Notes under the pieces: generated by a model
Told to the model about the DNA's origin: nothing
The model's database searches: none
What the model saw: only the letters and a program-made list of their open reading frames with translations
Made by a program: the position numbers and the translations under genes
Origin: a virus
Taxonomy: Duplodnaviria > Caudoviricetes
IMG/VR virus record: IMGVR_UViG_3300028832_000114
Span: 40,465-104,464 of that record
DNA: 64,000 bases
Direction: 5' to 3' (one strand)
Part shown: positions 22,531-35,075 of the stretch, one piece after another
Position numbering within the stretch: the stretch's first letter is position 1
Layout of the letters: every line of letters begins with the position of its first letter

Positions 22531-24857
22531 TTTTAAGTTGTGATAAGTATTCATATTTATGACCAACTTTTTTTACATTGCTAGATAAGTATTATCCAAA
22601 TCATCCAGAGGTATATCTTTCAACAGAACAAAAAAATTGTAAATATTGTAAAACAATCAATACTAAATCTGAAATATGAACAGATAGATATCAAAATGCG
22701 TTAAGACAAATTCCTGATGATTATGTTTTAGTTTTGTTAGAAGATTTTTTTATTCGTGGACCTGTTGATGAAGAGCGTATTAATCAATCATTAGAACTAA
22801 TGAAAAACAATAAAAAAATTGCAGTATGTAATTTTGAATTACAATATAGAAAAGGAATTGAAAATGCATATCCTGGATATGATATTCAAAAAAATAATCA
22901 AATATATTTAAACTCTTGTCAACCTAGTTTGTGAAATAGAGAAATATTAATTAATAGATTACAAACACCTCAAGATGCATGAGCATGAGAGACAACTCTT
23001 ATTAATAGTCCATATCTTCATTTAATTAATAATACAAATAAATATATTATTGATATTGGATATAGACACCAAGCCATAACTGGAGATGGTTGAGGAGTAA
23101 CAAGAGGCAGATTGTCTCAAGAGTGTCAAGACTTCTTAAAAACAGAAGGTTTAGAAATTAAAAAACATAAATTAAGTATTATTACACCCTATTACAATGT
23201 CTTAAACTATACCAAAGAGTTGGCGGCAGCACTTGAACCGCAATTAACAGATGCAGTGGAATGAATTATTGTAGATGATGGTTGTAATGAGACCGAATTA
23301 GATAAATTAAATGCTCAAGTTATTCATTTAAAAGAGAATAGCGGCGGCGCTAGTGTTCCACGAAATGAAGGAATGAAAATTGCAGATGGCGATTATACAG
23401 TATTTATAGATGCTGATGATTTAGTTCAACCATATTATATAAAAACAATTTTAAATAAAATTGAAAATAGTACATTTGATTATTGCTATTTTGGCTGAAA
23501 GGGTATTGGAGCATTACCTGTAAACATAATGATTACTGATCAACCGCCAGAATGGAACACATCAATATGAAATTGTATTTATAAAACAGAAAATATAAAA
23601 AATATTCAATTTGATCCTGCGCTATGTATGGCTGAGGATTATGAATTTAATAAGCTAGCCCGCATAGGAAAATGTGAACACATAAATAAAATAATTTATA
23701 TTTATAGGGCTGGTGTTGAAAATGGATTAACAAAACGTGGAACTAAATATAACCCAAAATATAATAAACAATATGATTATAGTAATGTATTTTATTTTTA
23801 TAAATTATCTGAAATTGGTGGTGTTGAAACATTTATATATCAACTTGCAAAAAAATACCAAAATTTAGATATAACAGTATTTTATAAAGAAGCTGATTCT
23901 CAACAATTAGCACGATTAAGCAGATATGTTAGTGTTAAACAATATACAGGACAAAAAATTACTTGTAAAAAAGCATTCTTTCACTATGATAGAAGTGCTA
24001 TTGATACAATACAAGCTGATGAATATTATGGTATGATACATGCAGATTATCTTAATTTTAGAGCTGCTCCTCCACCAACACATCCTAAAATTAAAACATA
24101 TATTGGAGTAACTCAAGCTGTTTGTGATGCATTTAAAAAACGCACTGGTAAACCTTGTGTTTGCTGTTACAATCCTTTAGTAATAGGAAATCCACCTAAG
24201 GTATTAAGATTACTTTCCGCAACCAGATTTACATATGAAAAGGGTGCTCAAAGAATAGAACAACTTGCAACAGCTTTAGAACAAGCTGGTATCCCATATG
24301 AGTGAACTATTTTTTCAGATACGGTATTTCCTGCAAAAAAACATAATATTATATTTAGAAAACCTCGTATGGAAATTTATGATGATCTAAGAAGAGCAGA
24401 TTATGTAGTTCAATTAAGCGATACAGAATCGTTTTGCTACACAATGGTTGAAGCACTATCTGTTGGAACTCCAGTTATTGTATGCCCATGACCATGTTTA
24501 AAAGAACTTGGAGTTAACGAAACAAATTCATTTATTTTACCATTTAATATGAAAAACATTCCCGCAAAAGAAATTTATGAGAAAAAATTTAATTTTAAAT
24601 ATACTGTTCCAAAAGATATGTGAAACACATTCTTAACTCAAGATGAATCAACCTATGCCCAAGAGCGTAGTAGATTATATTTAGTAGAGGCTCTTGATAC
24701 TTATGAAGAAATGAAGTTAAAAGACGGTGTTTTGGGATATCTACCTAAACGCGGAACAAGATGAACAGTAAATAAAGATAGATTAGATTATTTATTAGGT
24801 CAAAATCCTAGACATGTAGCATTTGTTAGAATTATTCCAGATGATGAATCAAAGTAG
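22518..24857 (+). CDS. 779-aa fusion: GT-A-like domain + GT2 + GT4-like domain + C-terminal small domain (13 TGA)
   Basis: LVLSCDKY..W/LLEDFF; LSIITPYYN/VDDG/IDADD; IGGVETF/SATR/SDTESFCYTMVEAL; one continuous frame to TAG at 24857. Confidence 0.85.
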
Positions 24858-24865
24858 GAGGAATT

Positions 24866-25435
24866 ATGAAACTTAGTATAATTACTCCTTACTTTGACGC
24901 TTTGGATTATACAACAGAATTGGCAAACAAACTTATTCCTCAATTAAATAAAGATGTTGAATGAATTATAATTGATGATGGATGTCATGAAAAAGAACTT
25001 AATAAATTTTCTAAAAAAGTATTACACTTAGCTCAAAATCGCGGCTGCGCGGGATTACCGCGTAATATAGGTTTAGATGCCGCCCAGGGCGAATATATTA
25101 CATTTGTTGATGCTGATGATTTAGTGGCGGACAATTTTGTTGAAGCAATTCTTAATAAAATAAATACCTCAACATTTGACTATTGTTATATGAATTGAGA
25201 AAGATTAGATAAATTATTTCACACAAATGTAAAAAAGGGTCGTCCTGAATGAAATTGTAGTGTATGAGGAATTGTATATAAAAAAACACTGATAAACTCT
25301 CATCGTTTTAATGATAAAAAAATTGCAGAAGATTATGATTTTAATAAAGAAGTATTAAATGGAACGCAAGAAATTATTACTGATTTTCTATACTTTTATA
25401 GATTAAATAAAAAAGGAATTAGTCGTAACTATTAA
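24866..25435 (+). CDS. GT2 family glycosyltransferase (4 TGA)
   Basis: LSIITPY, IDDG, RNIGL, VDADD and AEDYDFN; paralog of the middle domain of the fusion protein. Confidence 0.85.
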
Positions 25436-25447
25436 TAAGGAGGTATT

Positions 25448-26548
25448 ATGACTACAACGTATTCAAATATATATTATTTTAACAATATTTGTGCAATAGG
25501 AGGAACAGAAACCTTCTTATATCAATTAGCAAAAAAATATAAAGATTTAGATTTAACGATTGTTTATCGTGATGCTGATATTACACAATTAAATAGATTA
25601 AAACAATACGTAAGATGTATAAAATTTACAGGACAAAAATTAAAATGTAAAAAAATATTTTTTAATTATCATTTTGATATTATTGATAATGTTGATGCGG
25701 AAGAATACATTTTAGTTGTTCATGCAGATTATGCCGCATTAAAGAAAACAATGCCTAATTTAAAACCACCAATACACAACAAAATTACAAAATATATCGG
25801 AGTAAGTAAAAATGCTTGTAAAATGTTTACTCAATTTACTGGTAAACCATGTGAATTATGTTATAACCCATTTACCTATGAAAAACCTAAAAAACAATTA
25901 AAATTAGTAAGTGCAACTAGATTATCAAGAGAAAAAGGTAAAAATAGAATTATTGCATTAGCAAATTTATTAGATAAAGCAAAAATAGATTATGTATGAA
26001 CAATTTATACCACAGATAAGAAAGCAATAGAAAACCCGCACATCATTTATAAAGATCCAGTATTAGATATAGAAAAATACATTGCGGATGCTGATTATCT
26101 AGTTCAATTAAGTGATAATGAAGGTTTTTGTTATTCTGTAGTTGAAGCATTATGTTCAGGAGTTCCTGTTATAGTAACACCATGTCCAGTATTTGAAGAA
26201 TTTGGATTAAAAGATGGTATTAATTCATATATAGTGCCTTTTGATATGAAAAATATTGATGTAAAAAAATTCTTAAAAGTACCAAAAAACTTTACTTTCA
26301 CGCCACCTAAAGATAGTTGGAAAACATTTTTAGATAATACTCCAAGTACATATGAAAAAGAAAAAAAAGCTATCTATTTAGTTGAGGCATTACCTATTTA
26401 TCATGAAGGAAAACCAATCACTGATAGTCAATTAGGTAGAGTACCTGAAGTTGGAGAACGTTGGGAAGTAAATAAAGAAAGATTAGATATATTGCTTGGT
26501 AATAATCCAAGACATCAAGTTTTTGTTAAAGTAATAAATATGAAGTAG
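25448..26548 (+). CDS. GT4-like glycosyltransferase with C-terminal small domain (1 TGA)
   Basis: IGGTETF, SATRLSREKG and SDNEGFCYSVVEAL; joins ORFs 25448-25999 and 26234-26548. Confidence 0.85.
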
Positions 26549-26572
26549 TTAATTAAATTAACTACTTTTTTT
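26543..26572 (+). terminator. Rho-independent terminator
   Basis: AAGTAGTTAA / TTAACTACTT stem plus T-run. Confidence 0.7.
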
Positions 26573-26586
26573 ATTTTACAAAAATA

Positions 26587-26615
26587 TTGCGTTCTAAAAA
26601 ATTTTTGTGTATAAT
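26587..26615 (+). promoter_or_regulatory. SigA-type promoter with extended -10
   Basis: TTGCGT-N17-TATAAT with TG upstream of the -10 box. Confidence 0.7.
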
Positions 26616-26642
26616 GAAAGTAGAGAAAAGTAGGTGTTGATT

Positions 26643-27152
26643 ATGAAAATACTTAGTTTAGATTTGTCTACTAAAAGTTCAGGATGAGCAATATTTGAAA
26701 ATGGTATGTTAATGAAATCTGGATGTATTACATCTTCATCTTTAGATTTAATTAAAAGAATTAAGATAATGACTGCAGGAATCCACGATCTTATAAATGA
26801 AAATGGCCCAATTGATAAAATCATTGCTGAAGAAGTTAGACCAGAAGGGACTGGATATGGTGTTGGAAATCAAAAGACACACAAAGCATTAATGTATCTT
26901 CAGGCGGCAATTAATTTTATGTTATATGATGATTTCGATAAAAAAGAAATGGAACTTATATATCCTAGCTCTTGAAGGGCGGCTATAGGAATTCACACTG
27001 GCCGCGGTATTAAAAGAGCTAGTTTAAAAGAAAAAGATATTCAATTTGTAAAAGAAAATTATAATCTTGATGTTAATGATGATGAAGCGGATGCTATCTG
27101 TATTGGATACTCTTGCTCTCACGATGAAGAAACCGATATAAATTGGGAATAA
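26643..27152 (+). CDS. RuvC-like Holliday junction resolvase (2 TGA)
   Basis: ILSLDLSTKSSGW, IIAEE, PSSWR and DDEADAICIG catalytic motifs. Confidence 0.85.
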
Positions 27153-27225
27153 AAATTTTATTCCTTTACGATACTTTTTATCATAAAAGTATTTTTTTTA
27201 CTCTACAAGTCAAATTTTAAGCACA

Positions 27226-27262
27226 AAAAAATAGCACAGGTATAAAAACCTGTGCTTTTTAT
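27226..27262. terminator. Bidirectional terminator at the convergence of the two transcription arms
   Basis: A-run, AGCACAGGT-loop-ACCTGTGCT, T-run. Confidence 0.8.
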
Positions 27263-27264
27263 TT

Positions 27265-30123
27265 TTATAATTTTGTTTGAACTTGAGTTGCTGATATACT
27301 CATTGTTCCATTTATATCTAAAGGTATAGATAATGAATTCATCATAAAATCTCCATGAATATCAGCTTCATTAGATTGTATCGTAACTCTTGTATTGGGT
27401 TCAAGATGATAAATAGGCATTAATGAAATATTAACATTTGAATTATATTTTGTATATTCTCATAATAAATTTTTAATTTCATTAAAACAACTATTGTGTA
27501 ATCCACCGACACTTATACCAGAATAAATATTAGAACTTACTTGGCAATAATCTTGATTTCTTCTTTCGCATTCTTCTCTTTTTGCCTCTGCAGAATCTCC
27601 GGTTTCAATAATAACAATATCTGGAATTTCAGATTCAAACACACAGTTTAAATCATTACTACTTTTAGCAAGACTTCTACGACCAATATTATTTACATTT
27701 AATTCACTAATTTCTGCGTCACTATCTATAAAATCTAACCAATAATCGACATTTCAAGGATTAGTTAAAACATCTTCATAAAATGCTCCTGTATAAATAA
27801 TTTTACCATTACTGTCTGTATAATAATCTGCTTGTAAATTATATAATTTAGGTCATTCAGCTTCTAATTCAGCATAATAATAATTTGTTTCCAATCCTAA
27901 TGGGGCAGCAGTAGCTCCTGATAAGTATAATTCAGAACGTCAATCTGTAGCTTGAACATTAACCATAGGATGTTCTTTATATCTAACATATTCATTTTGA
28001 GAAAATAATAAACTGCTTTTTGTTGTTTCATATGCTTGCTTAATTGTTTCAATATCATTTTCATATTGCGTAATATGATGATTTTCTATAAGAATATGTT
28101 GTTCAATTTCTGCTACTTCCATTTCATAATCTTGTAAATATTGCTGTCTAATTAATGCTTGTTGTTCTTCATAAGTTTGAATTTGAGTTGCTAATTGTAA
28201 ATTTGCTAATTCAGTTTCTTGTTCACTAATTTCAGTAGAAATTTCTTGTACCGTCGCTTGAGCGGTTTCTAAAGCATTAGTATATGCAAGAATTTGAACA
28301 TTAAGTTCTGCTAATTTTGTTGTATCTGTTTCATTGTTTATTTGTCCAGATACAACAGTTATATCTTGTGCTTTTTTCATTGCCGCATCTTGTTCTTTTG
28401 CAGCTTGTATTCTCAATTCGTTAATCTCATCATCATATTTTTTTTGAGTATCTTTACAAGATTGAATTTTTGTACTAAGACTTTTTACTTGGGTTAAATA
28501 TTTATTAAATTGTTTATCTAAATCTTCTATTTGTTTTTTATAATTTGAAATATTTTTATTACATTGATTAATTAAATTTTGTTTAGTTTTTATATCTGTA
28601 TTATAATTAATTTCCATAATTTTTAATTGATTAGCCACTGCTTTATAATGAGTACTACCTGGATTTAATGTTCAAATATATTTTTTAGTAGTAGATAAAT
28701 CTACATATATCTTGTTAAATTCTCCTAAATTTGGAAAATTATTTATAGTAGAATATTCTTCATATGTATAACCGTCAATAGAAACATACCTTTGATTTGT
28801 TCCATCTCATCTATAAATTGCATTTGTACTAGTGTCTAAATAAAATGTTTCTTCAGCTCCAATTTCTGGAAATAAAGCTTTTGTTTGATATTTCAATGGA
28901 CATTTAGCTTTTCTTAATCCATCATTTGGATCGTCATAAAAGAAAACCTCATATATTTTACCTATTTCAGGTTTTGTATCAATAGCCAAATGATAACGAA
29001 TAGGTAATTTTAATCCTGTTGTAGTTTCTCTAATTCCCCATACTACAAAATCATTTTTAATTTTAGTATATTGTGGACTGTTAGAAAAATTTATAACTAA
29101 TTTATTATCGCTAAAATCATAAACAGATTTGCCATCTGTAATATTAATTACATAATCATCATTGTTCATATTGGCCAAATCAACAGTTGCTTGTGTAGTA
29201 TTTAAATAATTTTTAATTTCTTGAAATACAAAATTTCCATCGACATCATAAAAATATTCAAAATTACCTAATAAATTTTTAATTTTATCTAAAATAGTGC
29301 ATACATTATCTCCTGCATTAGCAGTTAAATCTTTATTACTTCAAACAAAATCAGTATAAATAAAACCAACATCTTCTCCATAATTAAATTGTTGAATAAC
29401 CCCACCGGTTTGTTTTGCATTAGCAAAAGATGTTGTAAGCGTATGAGACTCTCCTTTGCTTGTTAAATAAATTGGATTATCTCCTAATCAACGCATAACC
29501 ATTTTAATTCTTTCTTCAATATCGTTTATTACAATTTTTGTTAAATCTTCTTTTCCAAAATGATTAACCAATTCTTTAATAATTGTTGTTAAAGTTGGTT
29601 GAATTGTAATCATCTCTCCTGTTAAAGTATCAATTGTATCATATTTATCAAAAACAACAGATGATGTAATTACTCCTCCACACTCTCCATTTAATAAGCA
29701 CATTTTATCTTTTAATTGGGCGGAAAGATTAGTTCCAGAACCAAGATCTGTGTTTACACTACATTGAGTAAAAACAAAAGTTCCTTGTGGATATCATAAA
29801 ATATCATAATTTGTATATTTATTCGTTCTATTAACAATACCAATTTCTACATATACTTTTTTATTAATAGAAATTAAATTTTTTACATCGGTAATTTTAC
29901 CTGTTGAAACATCTTTAACTGTCATAGATAAACTACAGGTTCTACGAATGGCAGAACTACCATTAATTGAAATAGTTCCGCCAGTTGCAATACCTTGAAT
30001 TTCCTGTAAAGGATTTTCATCTCAATCTAATAATGTCAATTTAATAAATTGAGTTTGTAATCTTTGTGTGTCTGCCAGATATAAAAAACTAGTATCTTTT
30101 AAATAAGGATAATCTCTTTTCAT
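27265..30123 (-). CDS. Minor tail/baseplate-type protein (DUF5048-like), 952 aa, with internal coiled coil
   Basis: ORF fragments at 27460, 27940, 28807 and 29488 share one frame; N-terminus LLDWDENPLQEIQG..GSSAIRRTC, YFYDVDG, C-terminal PIYHLEPNTR. Confidence 0.7.
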
Positions 30124-30124
30124 A

Positions 30125-32488
30125 TTATTCCTCCATATAAGGAATAGATATTATATCATATTCTCCTGTAAGTTTATTTCATACATATAAATTTTCATTA
30201 TCTGTATATAAACGATTAACTACTCCATTTAAATCTATATAATTTGGATTTGATGCATCTCATAATGGAACAGAAATAAGTTTATATTTTTGTTCATCTT
30301 CTATTCATACATAAATATCTTTATTATAAATATATAAAACTTTTTCTTTGCCAGGTGAAGGAAATTCACTTTCATTATTAATAAATACAACTCTTCTAAT
30401 TGGTGTTAATGTATTATCTCCATCATCTTCAAGAACTTTATCATCATAAACTCTAGTAAATATATTATATTTTTCATAATTATCAAGATTACATTCATCA
30501 ATTTCATATGCAGTAGCAGAAAAACTCCATAACCTACGACCAAGTGTTTGATTTGGTTGATAATTAACATCCATTAATTTAATTAAAATATTTCCTTCTG
30601 TTGGACTGCGAAATAATTTAACATCATCCGCCTCTAAGAAATCTTTAACTTTATCTCTAAAGAATTTTTCTCATACCATATCCTGATAATCGCTAACATA
30701 ATTTTCAATATTGTATTGATTATAATTATCTACATAATCTTTATAAGCCTCTTCTTTAGTAAGAAATAAACCATCTTCATCCATTGCTGAAGATATCATT
30801 CCACCAATAGGAAATTGAACATAACTCATATATCCATTTCGTTTTACATATGGATATTTACTTCCAATTGTATCAACTTTTGTTTCACTAATGGTACGTT
30901 TAAATGAAGATATATTTGGATTAAATTTTAATTTTAATTGTTTATCTTTACAAGTCAAAAACATATGTTCAAAATTTATCATAATAGGTTCTTTAAACAT
31001 ATCCATTGGAGCTCTAGCACCCCTAGCATCGACAGCTTGTATTCCATATAAATAAAATACACCACTTTCTATTGTATAATCATATCATACAAAATCTATA
31101 TATGGTGCATGATCAAATGTTGAAATATACATATCTTCTCATTTTGCAAAGTTATCTTGCGCAGTTGCTCTTCTAATAATAATTTTACCAGTAAATTTAC
31201 CATGAGATCTAGATCTATTAATATGCATACCAATACGACCATTTTCTTCATCTTTATATGCTATAATTTGTAAATTTAAGTCTGGTACTTCCGCAGAAGA
31301 AACTGTAAATTCATATTTATGAGTTTCTGTATATAAATTTTGAGTTACATAAGTTAATGTAAAATAATATTCATGATCTGCTCTGAATCAATAATTCATT
31401 TCATAATTAAAATTATTAATATCAGTAAATTCATTAGCATAAATATCGCCACTATCTAATAATAATTTATCTTCTCCATCTTGCGCTGGCTCATAAGCTT
31501 TAATTCTATAATTTCTTAAAGTTTCAGTTTCATTTCTACTAGCAAAAGTAATTTCACCAATTACTTTTGTATTTATAATTGTATCTCAAATATCTGTCGC
31601 AGAAGACTCGTCAAAATCTTGCAAAGTAATTGTTGGAACAGAAATTCCTCGTACTAAACATACTGTAGATCATTCACTAAAATATTGTAAATTTCTACTT
31701 AACCAGCCATCAATTGCTTGCACAGCATCCCCATCATTTAAATCAATACCTGAACTTGGTGCATTACTAGATGTAAATCTAATTTGCACTTTATAATATT
31801 GATCAATAGTAAAATTACATCCATTTAAATCTTCTGGCTTAATATCAATAAAATATTTATCCCTAGCTCCCGCAGCTTCCTTTGCAGGATCTAGTTGAAC
31901 TGATTTTAACATTATATCACAAGGATATTTAATTTTATGTAAAACAGATTTATTTGTTAATTGACTTCTTACAGTAACTTGTGCATTAGCAATTTCTGAG
32001 ATAGAATTAAATTGAGATAAAGAAAAATATACTCTACAAATAAATCTTCTATCTGTTGTTGGACTAGTTGTTGTTTTTACATTTGTCGTAACAGAACTAA
32101 CAACAATAGTTGGTTCTGGTTCAAAAAACACATTTTCCGTAACATTTGCAGTAGATGAACCAGATATTAAATCCATTAAATAAACCTGATAAGTTTTTCT
32201 TAATTGTAACTCTAAATCAATACGAGTTGGATCTGTTGGATCTGGATATTGTGCTGCAATACTTGCAAGAGCAGCATCATATTGATTTTTTAAATCAGAT
32301 ACACCATTAATACTTGAATTAGTAATATATTCATCATATGCATTATTATAAGCATCTAAAGCTGCATAAGAAGTTTTAATATAAGTTTTTGGTATAGTTT
32401 TTACAGATACGCTTTTAATTAAAAAAGCTGGCATGTACGTATCCACAATAGGTGGGTATAAATTATTCGTTACAGCCATATCTCTCAT
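30125..32488 (-). CDS. Minor tail/baseplate-type structural protein, about 787 aa
   Basis: Fragments at 30305, 30671 and 31670 share one frame; DTIGSKYP and KLFRSPTEGN motifs seen in large-phage tail genes. Confidence 0.65.
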
Positions 32489-32554
32489 CTCCTTTTATCT
32501 CTGCGGAAATAGTAGATCTAATAATTCCTAGACCGGGCTCCCGCAATCTATATT

Positions 32555-33049
32555 TTATTCTCTATTTTCGTTCTTTAAACAAATTCCACTTTTTTTAGGT
32601 AAAGCGCGGATTTCTTCCATAAGCTCATCAATAAAACTATTGCCGCCTTCATCTTTATAATGACTATATCTTTTTTCAATACAATCTAAACTATAATCAT
32701 CTATATATCCAACTTGATAGCAAAAATAATGATGTTTTTCAGTTATCCAAGCTTTAATATCATCTCTATCTGACGCTTCTAATAAACTTACAGATTTTTG
32801 AATATCTGCTATTGTATTTTTAATTTGTATTTGACAACCTTCAATTTCATTCTTCATACTTTTTTGTTCTTGAGTTAAATCATCAATACTTTTTTTCATA
32901 GCCTCTTGTTCATTAAGTTTACCAGCATGTTTATTAATTTTATCTTTAGCTCAGTCAATTCATGTAATTACACCTTTTACTGCAGCACTTAATAAAACGA
33001 TAAACATAACGATTTCATCAACAGAGTATGTATTTAGCAAATCTTTCAT
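32555..33049 (-). CDS. Holin-like membrane protein (N-terminal TM, coiled coil, YxxYxxxGGN)
   Basis: Joins ORFs at 32960 and 32555 through two TGA (ITWIDWAK); KRYSHYKDEGGNSF. Confidence 0.6.
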
Positions 33050-33086
33050 ATTATCGTCTCCTTTTCTTCCAAAGATACTTCTTTTA

Positions 33087-33133
33087 CTATTGTATATTAA
33101 AAACTGTTTAAGGGAATGATTTATTTTAGGCCA
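33087..33133 (-). promoter_or_regulatory. Putative phage late promoter
   Basis: TGGCCTAAAA...TTTTTAATATA with the same spacing as the copies at 45221 and 51392. Confidence 0.55.
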
Positions 33134-33137
33134 AAAT

Positions 33138-33171
33138 AAAAAAGAAAGCAGAGTATCCAACTCTACTTTCT
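33138..33171 (-). terminator. Rho-independent terminator
   Basis: AGAAAGTAGAGT-TGGAT-ACTCTGCTTTCT plus T-run. Confidence 0.75.
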
Positions 33172-33606
33172 AGGTATTTTCATAAAATAACAATAAACTT
33201 TTTCATCAATAGCATCTGGATCTATAATAAAATCTTTACTAAATTTAGCATACCATTCTATATTTTCTTCAAATAAATCATGATAATCATTATATGCAGA
33301 ATTCATTACAATCCAAAAATCAACAGGTCTAATATCTGAATAACCATAATTACCTCTAACTCCTTCGGTATCGGTTAAAGTTCATTTCATTCCATAAGGT
33401 TTCATATCTTCAATTATTTCTTTAGCCATATCTTCATTTAATACTTTACCTTCTGCTATTTCATATAGTTTTTGTTCTACTTTTTCTAACTCTCTATCGC
33501 CAACCATATCAATGATATACTCCATATATTCAGACATTTCTTCAATTTTATCTGTATCACCAGAGCTTAAGATTTTTGTTATATATTTTTTATAATCCAT
33601 TTCCAA
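33163..33606 (-). CDS. Conserved hypothetical protein (1 TGA)
   Basis: Read-through gives GMKWTLTDT...DFWIVMNSAYNDY...FIIDPDA; stop TAG at 33163. Confidence 0.7.
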
Positions 33607-33790
33607 TTTTTTCCACCTTTCTTAATATTTCATTTAACAATCTATTTTGATATTCTAATTTATGTTCCATATCAAAAATAATTGTATCAAGTTTTCTACT
33701 TTGAGATTCGTTTTCTTCATAAGAATGAAGAGAAATATAAGATAAAAGCACAGTTAATAAATCTAGTGCATCAAGATTACGATCATTCAT
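33590..33790 (-). CDS. Small hypothetical protein
   Basis: 66-aa ORF coupled to its neighbours by overlapping start/stop. Confidence 0.65.
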   Translation of the reverse strand: MNDRNLDALDLLTVLLSYISLHSYEENESQSRKLDTIIFDMEHKLEYQNRLLNEILRKVEKIGNGL

Positions 33791-34143
33791 TAAATACTCC
33801 CAACTGTAATTGTTTCACTTTTTGGATTTACACAAGAAGTGATAACAAATTGTCCATCTTCATAATTATCATTCCCATTACCATACATAATAGGATATCT
33901 TACTCTAGTATTTAATTGATTTGCATATATTGTATTTCCTGCTTTACATAAAACAGGTATATTTCCTATCTCAGTTTGAATAAATACAGGTAAGTTGGCA
34001 GTTGCGGCAGCATTATTACAAATAATTAAACCATAAGTTTCTGTATTTACTAAATTTTTAACTGTTCTATTTGGGATTAAAATAACCTCTTCATCGGTAG
34101 TTTCAACAGTTGAACAATACATTGTTTGACAGCTATAATTCAT
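33790..34143 (-). CDS. Hypothetical beta-rich protein
   Basis: GGAG RBS before MNYSCQ. Confidence 0.7.
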   Translation of the reverse strand: MNYSCQTMYCSTVETTDEEVILIPNRTVKNLVNTETYGLIICNNAAATANLPVFIQTEIGNIPVLCKAGNTIYANQLNTRVRYPIMYGNGNDNYEDGQFVITSCVNPKSETITVGSI

Positions 34144-34162
34144 TTCAATCTCCTTTCTAAAT

Positions 34163-34191
34163 AAAAAATGCGGAAGCACCTAGCCTCCGCA
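34163..34191 (-). terminator. Internal terminator
   Basis: TGCGGAGGC-TAGGT-GCTTCCGCA-TTTTTT. Confidence 0.7.
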
Positions 34192-34223
34192 CGTCAACTT
34201 GCAAAAGCAAGGATTAAGTTAAA

Positions 34224-34793
34224 CTAATATAAAGAATTGCATCCACAACCAGTGTAGCAAGGTGGATTTAAAACATATCTACCTTGTAAATTTAAAATTG
34301 TGTCTGTTGAATTTTGTACAGCTGCAGTTAAAGCGGCAGTTTGATTTGCATTAGATAATGCATCTCTAGTAGTTTGAAGTTTATCACTTAATTCTCTGAT
34401 ATAATTATCTTGAATCATTTGTCTTGTAGCATTATTTTCAGTAGTAACTAAATTACCAATTGCGGCAATACTATTACTAATTTGTTGTTGAATATCTTTC
34501 ATAGAAACTAAATTATTATAGTTACTAGTTAAAACAGTATCAGTTAATGCACATTGACCATTAGCTAAACCTCTAATAGCAGCGTCTTGTGATTGGAAAT
34601 ATAAGCTATTTTGAAGGTCGCTTTGTCCTAAAGCTGTAGCTCCATTATTCCAGAATCCACCATTTCCGCCAAATAATAAAATGAAAATAATGATTAATGA
34701 GAAAATACCCATTGAACCACCAAATAATCCATCATTACCGTCTCTTGTTAATGCTAATACATCAGCAGCTGACATTCCAGTATTATCGTTCAT
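34224..34793 (-). CDS. Membrane-anchored Gly-rich/coiled-coil protein with Cys-rich tip
   Basis: TM segment IFSLIIIFILLFGGNGGFW, helical QQQISNSI...IRELSDKLQ, C-terminal PCYTGCGC. Confidence 0.75.
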   Translation of the reverse strand: MNDNTGMSAADVLALTRDGNDGLFGGSMGIFSLIIIFILLFGGNGGFWNNGATALGQSDLQNSLYFQSQDAAIRGLANGQCALTDTVLTSNYNNLVSMKDIQQQISNSIAAIGNLVTTENNATRQMIQDNYIRELSDKLQTTRDALSNANQTAALTAAVQNSTDTILNLQGRYVLNPPCYTGCGCNSLY

Positions 34794-34850
34794 TCTCTTT
34801 CCTCCCTTTCCTAAAAATATATTTTTTATAATAAAAAGCTAGTCACGTGC

Positions 34851-35075
34851 CTATCTTTTATTACCATTAATTAAATTAATCATTTGCATAAATTGTTCTT
34901 TTGTAATCCCTTTTTCATTACACATTTTTGCAATACTTTCCGCCTGTTTTTCAGTGGGTTGACTACTTAGCGTATTAAAAAGTTGTAACTGTTGTGGATT
35001 TAGTAGACTTGTTAGGGCTTGTTGTGGTTGACTTGACATCAACATTTGTGACAACAGGTTCTGTATGTTTATCAT
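34851..35075 (-). CDS. Small Gln/Met-rich hypothetical protein
   Basis: GGAGGAG RBS; AKMCNEKGIT motif. Confidence 0.7.
   Translation of the reverse strand: MINIQNLLSQMLMSSQPQQALTSLLNPQQLQLFNTLSSQPTEKQAESIAKMCNEKGITKEQFMQMINLINGNKR

Noticed and set aside
34190-34850. GCACGT/ACGTGC complementarity flanking gene 34224-34793 as a long-range processing stem
   Set aside because: Only about 6-10 bp with a bulge, which is too short to separate from chance without comparative data.
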